Virus record (IMG/VR): IMGVR_UViG_3300017593_000095
DNA: 64,000 nucleotides
From: an uncultured virus (IMG/VR IMGVR_UViG_3300017593_000095)
Lineage: Duplodnaviria > Heunggongvirae > Uroviricota > Caudoviricetes
Direction: 5' to 3' (one strand)
Shown: piece by piece, positions 53,835 to 63,884 of the stretch
Layout of the letters: every line of letters begins with the position of its first letter
How positions within the stretch are numbered: the stretch's first letter is position 1
Notes under the pieces: model-generated
Told to the model about the DNA's origin: nothing
The model's input: the letters and a program-made list of their open reading frames with translations, nothing else
Databases searched by the model: none
Position numbers and translations under genes: made by a program

Positions 53835-55572
53835 ATGAACACACCAACTTATAACACCAAAAGATTGAGTTTCGGGCCTAAGTGACACTGGGCCCGTAAA
53901 ACCTCTGCTGATCAACGGGGAAACACAATGGTATCCACTCAGCTAAATGAGATTTTAGATGGATTAATTTTCAGTGATGGGCATATTGCTTATTGTAAGG
54001 CTGGTGACTATAGGTTCGAGTTGGGGACGACCAAGCGTTTGTACGCAGAGCAAGTTTGTAACCTTCTTCGTCCTGTTATTTCCTGTTCTATTAGAGAACA
54101 AGTACGTATTGGATTTGGGAAGAAATTTATCTCTTACAGAGTTGTTGGATATAAAGCTCCTGTTATGAAGAATCTTCACTATCGTTGGTATGATGATAAA
54201 AAGAAAAAGCTTCCCAAAGATTTTAGATGGACGCCTACTACTTTGAACGTTGCTTATTGTGGTGATGGTACTGTTATTGAGAATAGCCCGACTATGTGCT
54301 TAAATAGTTGGGCGGTTCCCGAGGTGAAAGAGATAGTTAGGTGCTTTGAAGAGTTGGGCTTGTATGGGACGGTTGTCCAAACCCCAACAGGACCGATTTT
54401 TAGGTTACATCAAGATTGTGCCCTAGATTTCTTCGAGTACATAGGAGACCCACTAATTCCGTTTCACTCTTATAAGTGGATTACCGTTGTCAACCCCCAG
54501 CAAGCAGTTCGCGCGACTCTGTGGGACGATGACCTAGCTCAAAAGGTTGCGAGGTGTATTAAGAAGATTATGATTTTACGCGTTTGGGGAGGTTCGAAGG
54601 AACGGCGGTACTTGTCGTACTTTCCTGAGTTAGTCGTAATGGTTAATGATAAAGACGTTAAAGATGCCCTTCAGAGAATCAGAACTTCAAGGAAGAAAGG
54701 TGAGGTTGTAGTTAGAGGTCGACAAGCGAAACGTGTTTTAGAAAGGGTCCATTTGTTTCTTCCGGACGATAAACGAATGTTAGCTACAATTGCGTTAGCT
54801 TTGCCTCTTGGGCGGAGGAAGAAAGATTTGAAGGAAGTTCTATATCAGTTTTTCTGGACGAAATTTAATGAATTAAATCCGCCCGAGAGAAGACGGGGAC
54901 CCAAAAGAGAGTTGAATAGCGAACTGCGGCTGCAGAGACTGAGCGTAGAGGACACTAACCTCTTTCAGGATCTGGTTAGTGTATACGACAGTCCGACCCC
55001 TACGGTGACGTAGGGAAGTAGTTGTACTACTTGCCCGAAAGGGTCAAGAAAAATAACAGGTTAAAGCGGGTGTGCTTTATATTGGAAGCGCCGGCCAAAC
55101 ACCTACTATTGATATAGGCGCTGTTAAGACTGGAGCAACTCTAACATTTACTCGAGATAAACTCGAGGTTAAACAGGGTTCTCCCGAGAAGTTGATCAAA
55201 CAGTGGGTTGTTACTGAGACAGTTAAACTAGATGTTGTTGGTCATGAATGGAATCTTGAGAATTTGAGGTATGCTATTGGTTGTGGTATCATTCAAACTT
55301 CGGGAAATGAGAAGACGATGGATTTCGGCGGAGATATGGAAGTTACTGAAGCGTCGCTGAAGTTCGTTCACCAGATGCCTGCTGGAGGAACTGTGGAAAT
55401 TGATATTTGGAGAGCTCAGTCCGCAGGAGAACTCTCGATCGAGTTTGGGAACGATCCACACGAATTCCCTTACTCGTTCGTTGCTCTGGATGCCGATACT
55501 GCTTGGGATGGCACTACCTTGGATGAGAGGGGAAGGTTGTGCCGAATTAGGTTAATCGGTGACTTCTCCTAA
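53835..55572 (+). CDS. Major tail (tube) protein, spliced: join(53835..53879,55069..55572), 182 aa
   Basis: GAGGAGG RBS; exon 1 MNTPTYNTKRLSFGP joins in frame to GVLYIGSAGQ...; followed by chaperones and tape measure. Confidence 0.85.
53880..55068 (+). ncRNA. Self-splicing group I intron (1189 nt)
   Basis: P1 GGGCCU/GGGCCC with U.G at the 5' splice site; P3 CCUCUGC/GUAGAGG; P6a GCAGUUCGC/GCGAACUGC; P7 GACUG/CAGUC; P8, P9; terminal G; P10 ACACU/GGUGU. Confidence 0.93.
53928..55013 (+). CDS. Intron-encoded LAGLIDADG homing endonuclease
   Basis: ILDGLIFSDG and LNVAYCGDG motifs, 'LHYRWYDDKKKKLP'; C-terminal part looks like a second degenerate domain. Confidence 0.88.
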   Translation: MVSTQLNEILDGLIFSDGHIAYCKAGDYRFELGTTKRLYAEQVCNLLRPVISCSIREQVRIGFGKKFISYRVVGYKAPVMKNLHYRWYDDKKKKLPKDFRWTPTTLNVAYCGDGTVIENSPTMCLNSWAVPEVKEIVRCFEELGLYGTVVQTPTGPIFRLHQDCALDFFEYIGDPLIPFHSYKWITVVNPQQAVRATLWDDDLAQKVARCIKKIMILRVWGGSKERRYLSYFPELVVMVNDKDVKDALQRIRTSRKKGEVVVRGRQAKRVLERVHLFLPDDKRMLATIALALPLGRRKKDLKEVLYQFFWTKFNELNPPERRRGPKRELNSELRLQRLSVEDTNLFQDLVSVYDSPTPTVT

Positions 55573-55625
55573 TTTTAGGTTAACTTAGTTAGTACAATTT
55601 AGACGCCCCAGGAGGTGCATTTATT

Positions 55626-56024
55626 ATGAAAGCTTTTGAAGAGTACATTGAAGGAGCTCGTGAAGTTACCTTAAGCAATGGGAACACGGTTGAGATTCCT
55701 CCGCTTACTTGGGGGAAGGAACTTAGGCTCTACAACATTCTAACTAAGGTCTTTTCTAAGCTTTCCGTTAGTACTGATGCAGAAGGCAATCCTCAGTTCG
55801 ATGAGTCCCAAGTCTACGCGTTCATGACCGCCTTTGCTAATGACGTGTCTGAGATTGCATCGATTATTTTCAACAAAGACAAGAAGTGGGTTGAAAATAA
55901 TCTGACCTCAAAGGATATGGTAGAGTTTATCGTCCCTTTGTCGCTTCACATTTTCGGAAAGCTAAATCTCGGACTAACCAACGCGGTAACGAAGTTGGCA
56001 GAAGAGGCGGGGGAGACCCCATAG
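55626..56024 (+). CDS. Tail assembly chaperone
   Basis: Position between the tail tube and tape measure genes. Confidence 0.75.
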   Translation: MKAFEEYIEGAREVTLSNGNTVEIPPLTWGKELRLYNILTKVFSKLSVSTDAEGNPQFDESQVYAFMTAFANDVSEIASIIFNKDKKWVENNLTSKDMVEFIVPLSLHIFGKLNLGLTNAVTKLAEEAGETP

Positions 56025-56287
56025 AGAAGACCATAGCGCAGGTAGTCGACTTCTTGTGCTCTCAGTATGGATGGACTCCTGACCAGGTTTTCGCCTTGAC
56101 AAGGCCCACGATTGAGGGTTTACTAGAAGAAGCGAGAGAACGACTCCACGCTCAGTATCGTTTCTATGCTTCTCTAGTAGGCGCAGAACTTCGTGATGAT
56201 TACGTTCGGCCAGATAGTGATGATCCACGTACCTTGTTGAAGAAAGTGCGAGATATTGGAGTCGATTTTGAGGTGGTTGGTGGGTAA
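56009..56287 (+). CDS. Tail assembly chaperone, -1 frameshift extension
   Basis: Open -1 frame 'GGDPIEK...SQYGWTPDQVFALT'; G GGG GAG near the end of the upstream ORF. Confidence 0.6.
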   Translation, partial: GGDPIEKTIAQVVDFLCSQYGWTPDQVFALTRPTIEGLLEEARERLHAQYRFYASLVGAELRDDYVRPDSDDPRTLLKKVRDIGVDFEVVGG

Positions 56288-56292
56288 AGAAT

Positions 56293-59200
56293 ATGGCCGA
56301 AGAGTATATAGTAGAAATAGGTGTTGAGAATAAGGAGGAGTTAGAAAAACTCCGTACCCAAGTCGCGAAAACCGCTGAGTCTGTCCAAACCCTTTCTGAA
56401 ACTGTACGTAAGCTCGCTGAAAGTCAACGACAATTAGTTGAGTCGATTCGTAATACCGCCCGGAGTACCCAAGCTTCTGTTAAGTCCACCCAAAGTGCTT
56501 CGAAGGCCACTTCACAGTACGCCTCCTCTGTTCTCACGTTAAGGACTGCGTTTATTGCTATTGCCTCTGCAGCTGGGTTGGTAACTGCAGCGATTAACTC
56601 TAAAAAGATCTCGATGAGCTTAGCGAATAAGTTGTACGTACTTTATACGCGCTCAGCCCAAAGCGCTGCTCGAGCAGTCACCTCATTTGCAGTACAGCAT
56701 CGCTTCCTTGGTACCGTTTTGACGCAAACCGTTCATATACTTTCCACTACAACTTCTGCTTGGATTACTTGGGCAAAAGGATCAATCCCTGCTACTGCCG
56801 CAATGAAACAGTCTTTAAATTCTGTGCGAGATGCGCTCAGAGTGTTGTTCACCGAGTTTCGCAGGGGACCTTTTACTTGGATAGCTTCTCAGTTTACGCA
56901 CGTTGCAGAAGTTGGTAAGTCTGCGTTCGTTTCTATTGCTGTTTATGCTGTAAGGGCAGCTACTAGGTTAGTTGAGTTCTTGACTCCTGCTGTTGCTACG
57001 GTAACGCGCTTGTTTTTGAAGTTGAGCGATTCTCTTACTCCAGTAAGGGAAGCTCTTTCTCGTCTGTTTGTTAGACTGAGAATTCCAGACGCCTTTACTA
57101 AGCTAACCGAAGTTTTTACCAGGCTTAAAGTGATAATCGTTGATGTCGCGGATGTTATCTCTACTAAGTTTGTGTCTGGACTTCGTGTCGTAGCCGACCT
57201 CTGGAAAGGCTTACTCCGACTTGCTTATTCCCTACGTGATCGTGTAGCCCAGATCGGGAGTGTGGTGAAGTCTAAGTTAGCCGGCAAGATAGGACTGACC
57301 GCTAGTTTTGCGTTTTTAGGTACTGTATTGGATAAGGTGCGAGACAAGATCTTGCAGCTCGGGGCTCGTATTAACGAATCCCTAGGTGGTGAGGCCGTTT
57401 CTATAGGCGCGAAGTTATCTAAACCTTTTGTGGCGATGATGGGGAGTTTGACCATTCTTTCCGGGAAACTGTTGCGTTTCTTTCCCTTGACTAAGAAGTT
57501 AGGCTCTACACTAACTACGTTGGGGTACTCCCTCGCTTCTGTGTCCTCGTTTTCGCGGTCGTGGTCTATGGTAATGTCCCATTTGGATAAGACATTACCT
57601 GGAGTCAACGACCGATTACGCAGAGTTACTCGCGGTTTCTCAGAGTTGACCGGTAAGATTAACATACAAACGGCCGCGCTTCCTAGATTGATCAAGGCAC
57701 TTGGGGAAGTCACCTTTCACTACCTTATGATATTCAAGTTTAATGTTAGTCTAGCTCACGGATTCGAGCTCTTGGGTGAGAAGCTCTCTTACTTTGGTGA
57801 AGCCATGCTCGAGCACTTCTCCGAATCGTATAGAGTCAGTTCTGAGATGATTCGCACGCAGGTTGATTTGAACCGAGCGGTTCGGAGGTATGCTGAGTTG
57901 ACCGGCGATGCTTCTATGAGTGCAAAAGATTGGCTCCAGTGGTCCGACAGACTTGCTCTTTCTGCAGGTAAAAACGTTTCAGAGATGCGCCGGGTTACCG
58001 GTGCTCTGTTGGATTTTGCGGCTTTGTATAAGTTGAACCAAAAGGAGACGAAGCGATTCATTTCTTTGATGACAGACGTTTCGAGTTTCTTGGGCAAAGA
58101 TGTGTTCGAGACCTTGCAACATGTCCACGGTGCGTTGGCTGGGTTAACTAATTCAGCCATGATTTTGGGCATTAACATAGACCACCTCAGAGAGAAGACT
58201 AAGTTTTACGAAGAACAACTCCGGAAAGAAGGCACCGAAACTGGAAAGTCCGTCAAACAAAAAGCGAGGATGCTCGCTCTTATACAGGAGTTGAGTTACT
58301 TACAGGGTGTTAACAATAGGTTGATGGAAACAGGGTATGGTATTCTGAGACGTTATCGCGTTTCTCAAGAACTTCTCGCGGCCCAAACTGGAAATTATGT
58401 AACTCCTATTTTGAATGCTTATTACAAAATTTTGACCCGAATTAACGAGGTCATGGCTCAGCCCGGGATTGGAGGTTTTATCACTACGATGAAGGCCGCT
58501 GGTGCCGCCTCACTTGATTTGCTAGGACGTTTTGTAAAACTCGGAGCGCAGTTGTTTGTATTGATTGAGACTGTACATTTAGTTGAAAAGGCGTTAACAG
58601 CACTAAACGCAGCCTTTGACGTCTTTGGGATGACTCAGAGAACAGCTCTTGCTCCTCTATTCGTGATGAGAGATGGTATGGTCAAAACTAGTTTTACTGC
58701 CTCGTCACTAAGCAAAGTTCTCAAGAGGTTAAGCGTTTACATTGGTACTACCTTTGTAAACTTCTTCAAAAACGGTGCCAAGGCTGTTAAAGGCCTTGTT
58801 GTAGAGTTAAGAACTGCGATCTCCACATTAATGGCGACTAAAGTTCCCAAGGCCATTTTTGGCCCAGCTCTAGCATCTGCTATGGTTCCAGAAAGGGGTG
58901 TGATTAGGAAAGCTCTGGCTGCTAGTAAGTTGATGCAAGCGACTTTTATGGCCGAAGGGTTGGTGCTGGCGAAGAAGGTAACTCCTATGGTACAGAAGCA
59001 CGCTAAACAGGTTCGAGATTTGTACTTAATTACTCATGACGTCGCCGGAGCTCAACGGGAGTGGGCTAATACCATAATTACGTTTACTGGGGCGGCCGGG
59101 GGTTTGTCTAAAGTATGGTACACTTTCTTAGGTGTCGTTACAAAAGTTAAAGGTGCCGTGTTAAAACTCATTAACATATTCAAAGGCTTTGCCAAGATTT

Positions 59201-62200
59201 TTGGGATTATTTTGATCGTCATTCCCGCGGTGTATAAAGCCTTCAAAGAAGCGCTTATCCCGGCTTTTAAGGAAACTTTTGGGGAGTCCGAAACTTTTCG
59301 GGCCGCGGTTTCTGCACTAGGGAAAGTTTTGGGTTGGTTAGGAAAAATCATTGTACAGATTGTTACTGGCCCCGTTAAGCTGTTTGCGACGGGAATCGCT
59401 GGGACTGCAGGTGTTATTTCGTATGCACTGGGATTGATTATTAAGTACAGGGGCGTTCTTCTCCGCTTAACAGGACCTTTCTATTTACTCGGGAAGTCCG
59501 TCTTTAATGTGGGGAAGTGGTTCGGTATTTGGGGTAAGTCTGTTGACTCCTTGAACAAGAAACTTGACAGTGCTGGCGAGACTTTGATCAAGTTTGGAGA
59601 ACGGTCTGCAGATAATGCTCGAGCTATAATTGGGCTGAACAAGGTACTACAGACTAACATCGATCGTACTGCGCGGTTGCGAAAGGAACTTGCTGAAGGA
59701 ATGAAGAGACGACAAGAGGAACTGGGACTGAACCTTTCGTCTGCTAAGTCGTTGGAGCGAGTTGTTAACGCTATTCAGGAGTATCGAGATGCCTACCAAG
59801 AGTTCCTCGAAGTTCAAGATGAGATTGAGAAAGGTAGGACGACTGAGGGTAAGCAGTTAGAAGATGCAGAGGCTTTACATAGGAGAAGTACCGAAGCGGT
59901 TCAGGAGCTTTCGAAGGCGCGTTCCGCTCTTGCAGAGAATTTGAAGAAGCAGTTTGAAATTACAGGAGCCCAGATTAAGGAAACTAAAACGTTGGTAAGT
60001 TTGTACTCAAAGTACACTAAAGCTATTGGCGACGTTTCGACTGGACAAGTAGTTACTCTCAAAACTGGGCAAGCTATTTCACGGATTTGGCAAGGCTTAA
60101 ATCAGATTACACAGGGAAACTTAAGTGGGATTAAGACAACCGCAGAAGCGTACAACTCGTTAGCAGGTATACTTCGTGATATGGCCTCTAAAGCTAGCCC
60201 TTCACTACGGGCCGCGTTGGTAGCAGAAGCTAAGTCTTATGAGAAGCAAGCTGGTATACTAACTAAGGTAATGGAGAGGACCAAAGGGAAGGTCAAAATT
60301 GATGAAAAATTAATCGAGACTTCCTTCAAAGTCTCCGCTGCCCAACGTGCTGTGAATGACGAATTACAAAGGCACCAAGCAATTTTGACTTACTTACATA
60401 AATCGATTTCCGATACAACTGAGGGACTGGGTCAGTTCGCGAATGTGTATTCTAAAGATGTAACAGTCTCGGCCGAAACTGCCGCCCGTGTACAGCTCGC
60501 TTTAGCGAAGATCTCCGAAGTAGGTGCTCGTCGCTACGAAGAAGCTATCAATGGTAATATAGACTCTCTTAAAGTGTACCGGAACTATCTTGAAACAATT
60601 CAGAAGTCCCAGAACGACGAATTTGCCACTCTTGTTAAGGACGCAAAGGGGAGACAGCTCCTGAATGCTTACTTGGAAGCACAGATTCGAACCGTTGATA
60701 ACTTGATAAAGTCTTATGAGAGTGAGTCTCAAGTTCATGTAACTTTATCGGCTCGTATAAAAGCACGACTCGCTACTTTGAAGGCGCAGAATAAGGTAAC
60801 AACGGAAACTCTGAAGCTTCGGAAACTTCTACTTGACCTTTGGAAGTCTGAGTTTAACCTCCATTCTCGGTTAAACGCCCTTACGTTACAGGGGTTGACT
60901 ACAAGAGAAAAGAGAGCCCAAGCAGAACAGTATCTTAGCGAGGCTTTACAACAAAGTATCGAGCAGTATAGCAGAGCAGGACTTTCTCTCAAAGCCTTTG
61001 ATGATTACGAGAAAGGGGCTATTTCAACTACTACAGCCGTTAGACAGGCTCTGGTGCAATTACAAGGTCGTACCGACTTGTTAAGTAGGGCTATTAAGGA
61101 AACCCTCTTAGAAGCTCTGTCTCGTGCTACATCTCAACAGCGTGAGTATGCGGCTATGACGATCCAAAGTGCGAGGCGGATTAAAGAACTCGAGAAAGTA
61201 ATTCACCCTGTTTATACTACTTTTGGGAATTACTCGAATCTGATCGCTGATTTGGTTAATCGTTCTCGTGACCTAGCAAAGCAGACAGGGATTTCGGCCC
61301 TCGCCTTTGATTCCTCTACGGTTACTGTGAGTGAACTGGCTTCTTATCTCGCCCTTTTAAGCGCACATCAAGTTGATTACAACAATGTTTCAAAAGAGAC
61401 CGCTCAAGAAGTTACCTCTCTAGTTGAGAAGTTACTCGAGCTGACCAGAGTTGATGTCCCCCAATGGGGGTCAAGCTTAGCTAATGTATTTGAGAGCTTA
61501 CAAGGGAAGACTAAGGATTTCATTTCAGCGAATGATTACCTCAAACCCGCTCTCCTGAACGCTATCTTTGGATTTAGGGGGTTGGTTGACAGAGTCCGTG
61601 AGCTTGATGCTAACCTCGCTCCTGTTATACAAAGCGTGTTAGACAGCGCTTCGGCGATGTATGAAGCTAAGAGTTCTTCTTCGGCTTATAGTGAGGGGTT
61701 GAGTAAAATCACGAGTTTGGAAGAGCAAGTACGTACCGCCCTTAGTAGCGTACTCCCTCATTTAAACGCGCAAGTTCAGGCTTTAGCTAAAGGGAAAGTG
61801 CAAACTGCTGACATGATCGCGAAGACTCAAGATTATGCTAGGATCGTTTCAATACTGGTTTCCCAGTTAAACACATTGACTGATGCTGAGGAACGTTTGC
61901 GAGAAAGCCGCCGTAAGAATTTGGAGTTGAGTTCCTCTTTGGTATTTTCCACTCAGCAACTTCATGAGAATGTGTCCGAGCTCGCTAACATTGCTGTACA
62001 AGATCTGATTCAACAGTACCGACGAGCGGGTGTGGTACTGAGTGAATCGCAGAAACAAGCACTGGAGGACATAACAAGGACTATTACAGGTTACACAGAG
62101 TTAACTGAGTTGGCTCGTAGACGAGTTGATACTTTTACGAAGTTCGTGGACGCTAAGCTGGCCGAACAAACACGCGCTTGGTCGCGCAATAAGGATGAAG

Positions 62201-62910
62201 TTGAAGCTTTTGCTAATGGCTTGAGGACTATTGGCGAGAGTGCAATGCAAGGAATCTTGAAGAACTATGCTGAGATTGGGGCGAAGATCGAGGAAATGGG
62301 CGGGTTCTTTGGCGCCCTCGGACAAATGACTCAAGAGGCTGTTGCGAGGACCGCTGCGAGCGCGTTTGATGAGTTGAACAGGGCAATAATTGATTCTATA
62401 GTATACGGAAAGCGATTTCAGATGAACTGGCAGGAAATTTTGAGAAGCTTTACGGCAGGTCTTGCTCAGGCAATGCTACAGTTGTTAGAATTTAAACTAG
62501 CTATGATGGCGCTGCAGGCGATGGGAATTCGAGTTCCTATGATGAGACGTGGGGGTTTGGTTCCTTTAAGGAGGCAGGCCGGCGGCCCGGTACCTGGGCA
62601 AGGACGTGGAGATAGCGTCCCCGCTTTACTAGAACCAGGAGAATATGTTGTTCCAAGGCCTGTGGTAGAAAAAATAGGAGTTTCGTTCTTTGACGCGCTA
62701 CGTAAAGGTGTTGTACCTCCGACGATAACACCTTTTCATTACCAAGCGGGAGGCTTGGTTACGCCGATGCAACAACAAACGCAGGAACCGAAGGTAACGG
62801 TTGTGACTATTTTCGATGAGAAGGAGCTTAATAAGTATTATAGCTCTCCCACTTATGGCAGGGTTGTTGCGAACAATGTAGGTGAGAGAATCGCGAGGAG
62901 GACTAGCTAA
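56293..62910 (+). CDS. Tape measure protein (2205 aa)
   Basis: Long Ala/Leu-rich helical protein; C-terminal 'AGGPVPG.GRGDSVPALLEPGEYVV'. Confidence 0.92.
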   Translation: MAEEYIVEIGVENKEELEKLRTQVAKTAESVQTLSETVRKLAESQRQLVESIRNTARSTQASVKSTQSASKATSQYASSVLTLRTAFIAIASAAGLVTAAINSKKISMSLANKLYVLYTRSAQSAARAVTSFAVQHRFLGTVLTQTVHILSTTTSAWITWAKGSIPATAAMKQSLNSVRDALRVLFTEFRRGPFTWIASQFTHVAEVGKSAFVSIAVYAVRAATRLVEFLTPAVATVTRLFLKLSDSLTPVREALSRLFVRLRIPDAFTKLTEVFTRLKVIIVDVADVISTKFVSGLRVVADLWKGLLRLAYSLRDRVAQIGSVVKSKLAGKIGLTASFAFLGTVLDKVRDKILQLGARINESLGGEAVSIGAKLSKPFVAMMGSLTILSGKLLRFFPLTKKLGSTLTTLGYSLASVSSFSRSWSMVMSHLDKTLPGVNDRLRRVTRGFSELTGKINIQTAALPRLIKALGEVTFHYLMIFKFNVSLAHGFELLGEKLSYFGEAMLEHFSESYRVSSEMIRTQVDLNRAVRRYAELTGDASMSAKDWLQWSDRLALSAGKNVSEMRRVTGALLDFAALYKLNQKETKRFISLMTDVSSFLGKDVFETLQHVHGALAGLTNSAMILGINIDHLREKTKFYEEQLRKEGTETGKSVKQKARMLALIQELSYLQGVNNRLMETGYGILRRYRVSQELLAAQTGNYVTPILNAYYKILTRINEVMAQPGIGGFITTMKAAGAASLDLLGRFVKLGAQLFVLIETVHLVEKALTALNAAFDVFGMTQRTALAPLFVMRDGMVKTSFTASSLSKVLKRLSVYIGTTFVNFFKNGAKAVKGLVVELRTAISTLMATKVPKAIFGPALASAMVPERGVIRKALAASKLMQATFMAEGLVLAKKVTPMVQKHAKQVRDLYLITHDVAGAQREWANTIITFTGAAGGLSKVWYTFLGVVTKVKGAVLKLINIFKGFAKIFGIILIVIPAVYKAFKEALIPAFKETFGESETFRAAVSALGKVLGWLGKIIVQIVTGPVKLFATGIAGTAGVISYALGLIIKYRGVLLRLTGPFYLLGKSVFNVGKWFGIWGKSVDSLNKKLDSAGETLIKFGERSADNARAIIGLNKVLQTNIDRTARLRKELAEGMKRRQEELGLNLSSAKSLERVVNAIQEYRDAYQEFLEVQDEIEKGRTTEGKQLEDAEALHRRSTEAVQELSKARSALAENLKKQFEITGAQIKETKTLVSLYSKYTKAIGDVSTGQVVTLKTGQAISRIWQGLNQITQGNLSGIKTTAEAYNSLAGILRDMASKASPSLRAALVAEAKSYEKQAGILTKVMERTKGKVKIDEKLIETSFKVSAAQRAVNDELQRHQAILTYLHKSISDTTEGLGQFANVYSKDVTVSAETAARVQLALAKISEVGARRYEEAINGNIDSLKVYRNYLETIQKSQNDEFATLVKDAKGRQLLNAYLEAQIRTVDNLIKSYESESQVHVTLSARIKARLATLKAQNKVTTETLKLRKLLLDLWKSEFNLHSRLNALTLQGLTTREKRAQAEQYLSEALQQSIEQYSRAGLSLKAFDDYEKGAISTTTAVRQALVQLQGRTDLLSRAIKETLLEALSRATSQQREYAAMTIQSARRIKELEKVIHPVYTTFGNYSNLIADLVNRSRDLAKQTGISALAFDSSTVTVSELASYLALLSAHQVDYNNVSKETAQEVTSLVEKLLELTRVDVPQWGSSLANVFESLQGKTKDFISANDYLKPALLNAIFGFRGLVDRVRELDANLAPVIQSVLDSASAMYEAKSSSSAYSEGLSKITSLEEQVRTALSSVLPHLNAQVQALAKGKVQTADMIAKTQDYARIVSILVSQLNTLTDAEERLRESRRKNLELSSSLVFSTQQLHENVSELANIAVQDLIQQYRRAGVVLSESQKQALEDITRTITGYTELTELARRRVDTFTKFVDAKLAEQTRAWSRNKDEVEAFANGLRTIGESAMQGILKNYAEIGAKIEEMGGFFGALGQMTQEAVARTAASAFDELNRAIIDSIVYGKRFQMNWQEILRSFTAGLAQAMLQLLEFKLAMMALQAMGIRVPMMRRGGLVPLRRQAGGPVPGQGRGDSVPALLEPGEYVVPRPVVEKIGVSFFDALRKGVVPPTITPFHYQAGGLVTPMQQQTQEPKVTVVTIFDEKELNKYYSSPTYGRVVANNVGERIARRTS

Positions 62911-63884
62911 TGGCTTTTAGAAAAACGTCTGGAACTGTATCTTCGCTGTCGGATTTATTTGCTCGAATTAGGACTTTCTTTGTTGGCTCTCTCGGATGGA
63001 CACAAGTTCACTCAGGAACTCAAATGGGGAGTGCTTACTACTTTTATCATAGTACAGGAGAGGCTGGAAATAAAGACATTTACATTGGTGTTAGATCTTT
63101 CCGGCGCAGTAGCACTTTGTGCGGCTTTCAGTTTACAGCTTGTACAGATATAAACACGTCGGAGGATTTCGATAGTCAGCCGGGGGGTTTTGGAACTCCA
63201 GACTGTTGTTGCTGCCAGTTTGTAAGGTATCCTATCTTAAGCGCTGTTGATGATGGGACGTCGATGGCGTATTGGTTTATTGGGGATAAGGATTTTGCAT
63301 TTCTTTTGTTTAGAATTGGTTCTAAATATTTATCAGCTTACGTGGGGTTGATTAATTCGTACTGGAGTGATTACCCTTTACCATTAGTAGTTCTTGGTTC
63401 TTTAACCTTCGACCCCTATCTTAGATTTGGCTGTACTAGCGTTTGTTGGCGTGATCGTCAGCTTGCAATCCCGTATCGCCGGAATCTGGGGAGTGGTGAA
63501 GGTTATGACGCCTTTTTCGGTTGCTGTGGTTCCTGGCTTCGAAATTGCGGAAATACTGAGTGGTTTCGCCGCTTTGTAACTAATTGTGTAGATAGTTATA
63601 ATAACTGTGAATTTCTAAGCCATACTAATTCTTGTTGGTGGTTGGTTACTTACTTCTATTGCCAATCGTATTCGACCCGGTCTCAAGGGCACGTTTTATT
63701 TCCTATTTATGTCGGGAGCCCAGAGATTGACCTACTCGGTGAGTTGAAATATGTTTACTATTCATACTTTTATGGTAATGTACCGTCTGAGTCTACTATT
63801 TACGTTGGGGGCGACCCTTACTTGGTTTTTGTAAGTACTTATGGAGAAGACTCCGTTTCAATAGCAATAAGGGATTACGAATAA
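62910..63884 (+). CDS. Virion tail-associated protein (Cys/aromatic-rich)
   Basis: Coupled to the tape measure stop; 'LLGELKYVY...SESTIYVGGDPYLVF'. Confidence 0.6.
   Translation: MAFRKTSGTVSSLSDLFARIRTFFVGSLGWTQVHSGTQMGSAYYFYHSTGEAGNKDIYIGVRSFRRSSTLCGFQFTACTDINTSEDFDSQPGGFGTPDCCCCQFVRYPILSAVDDGTSMAYWFIGDKDFAFLLFRIGSKYLSAYVGLINSYWSDYPLPLVVLGSLTFDPYLRFGCTSVCWRDRQLAIPYRRNLGSGEGYDAFFGCCGSWLRNCGNTEWFRRFVTNCVDSYNNCEFLSHTNSCWWLVTYFYCQSYSTRSQGHVLFPIYVGSPEIDLLGELKYVYYSYFYGNVPSESTIYVGGDPYLVFVSTYGEDSVSIAIRDYE

Noticed and set aside
55072..55572. Stand-alone 166-aa tail ORF starting at GTG
   Set aside because: No RBS; it is exon 2 of the intron-split gene
57225..62731. Minus-strand ORFs within the tape measure gene and similar short antisense ORFs elsewhere
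   Set aside because: Shadow frames of long + strand genes with no motifs or RBS
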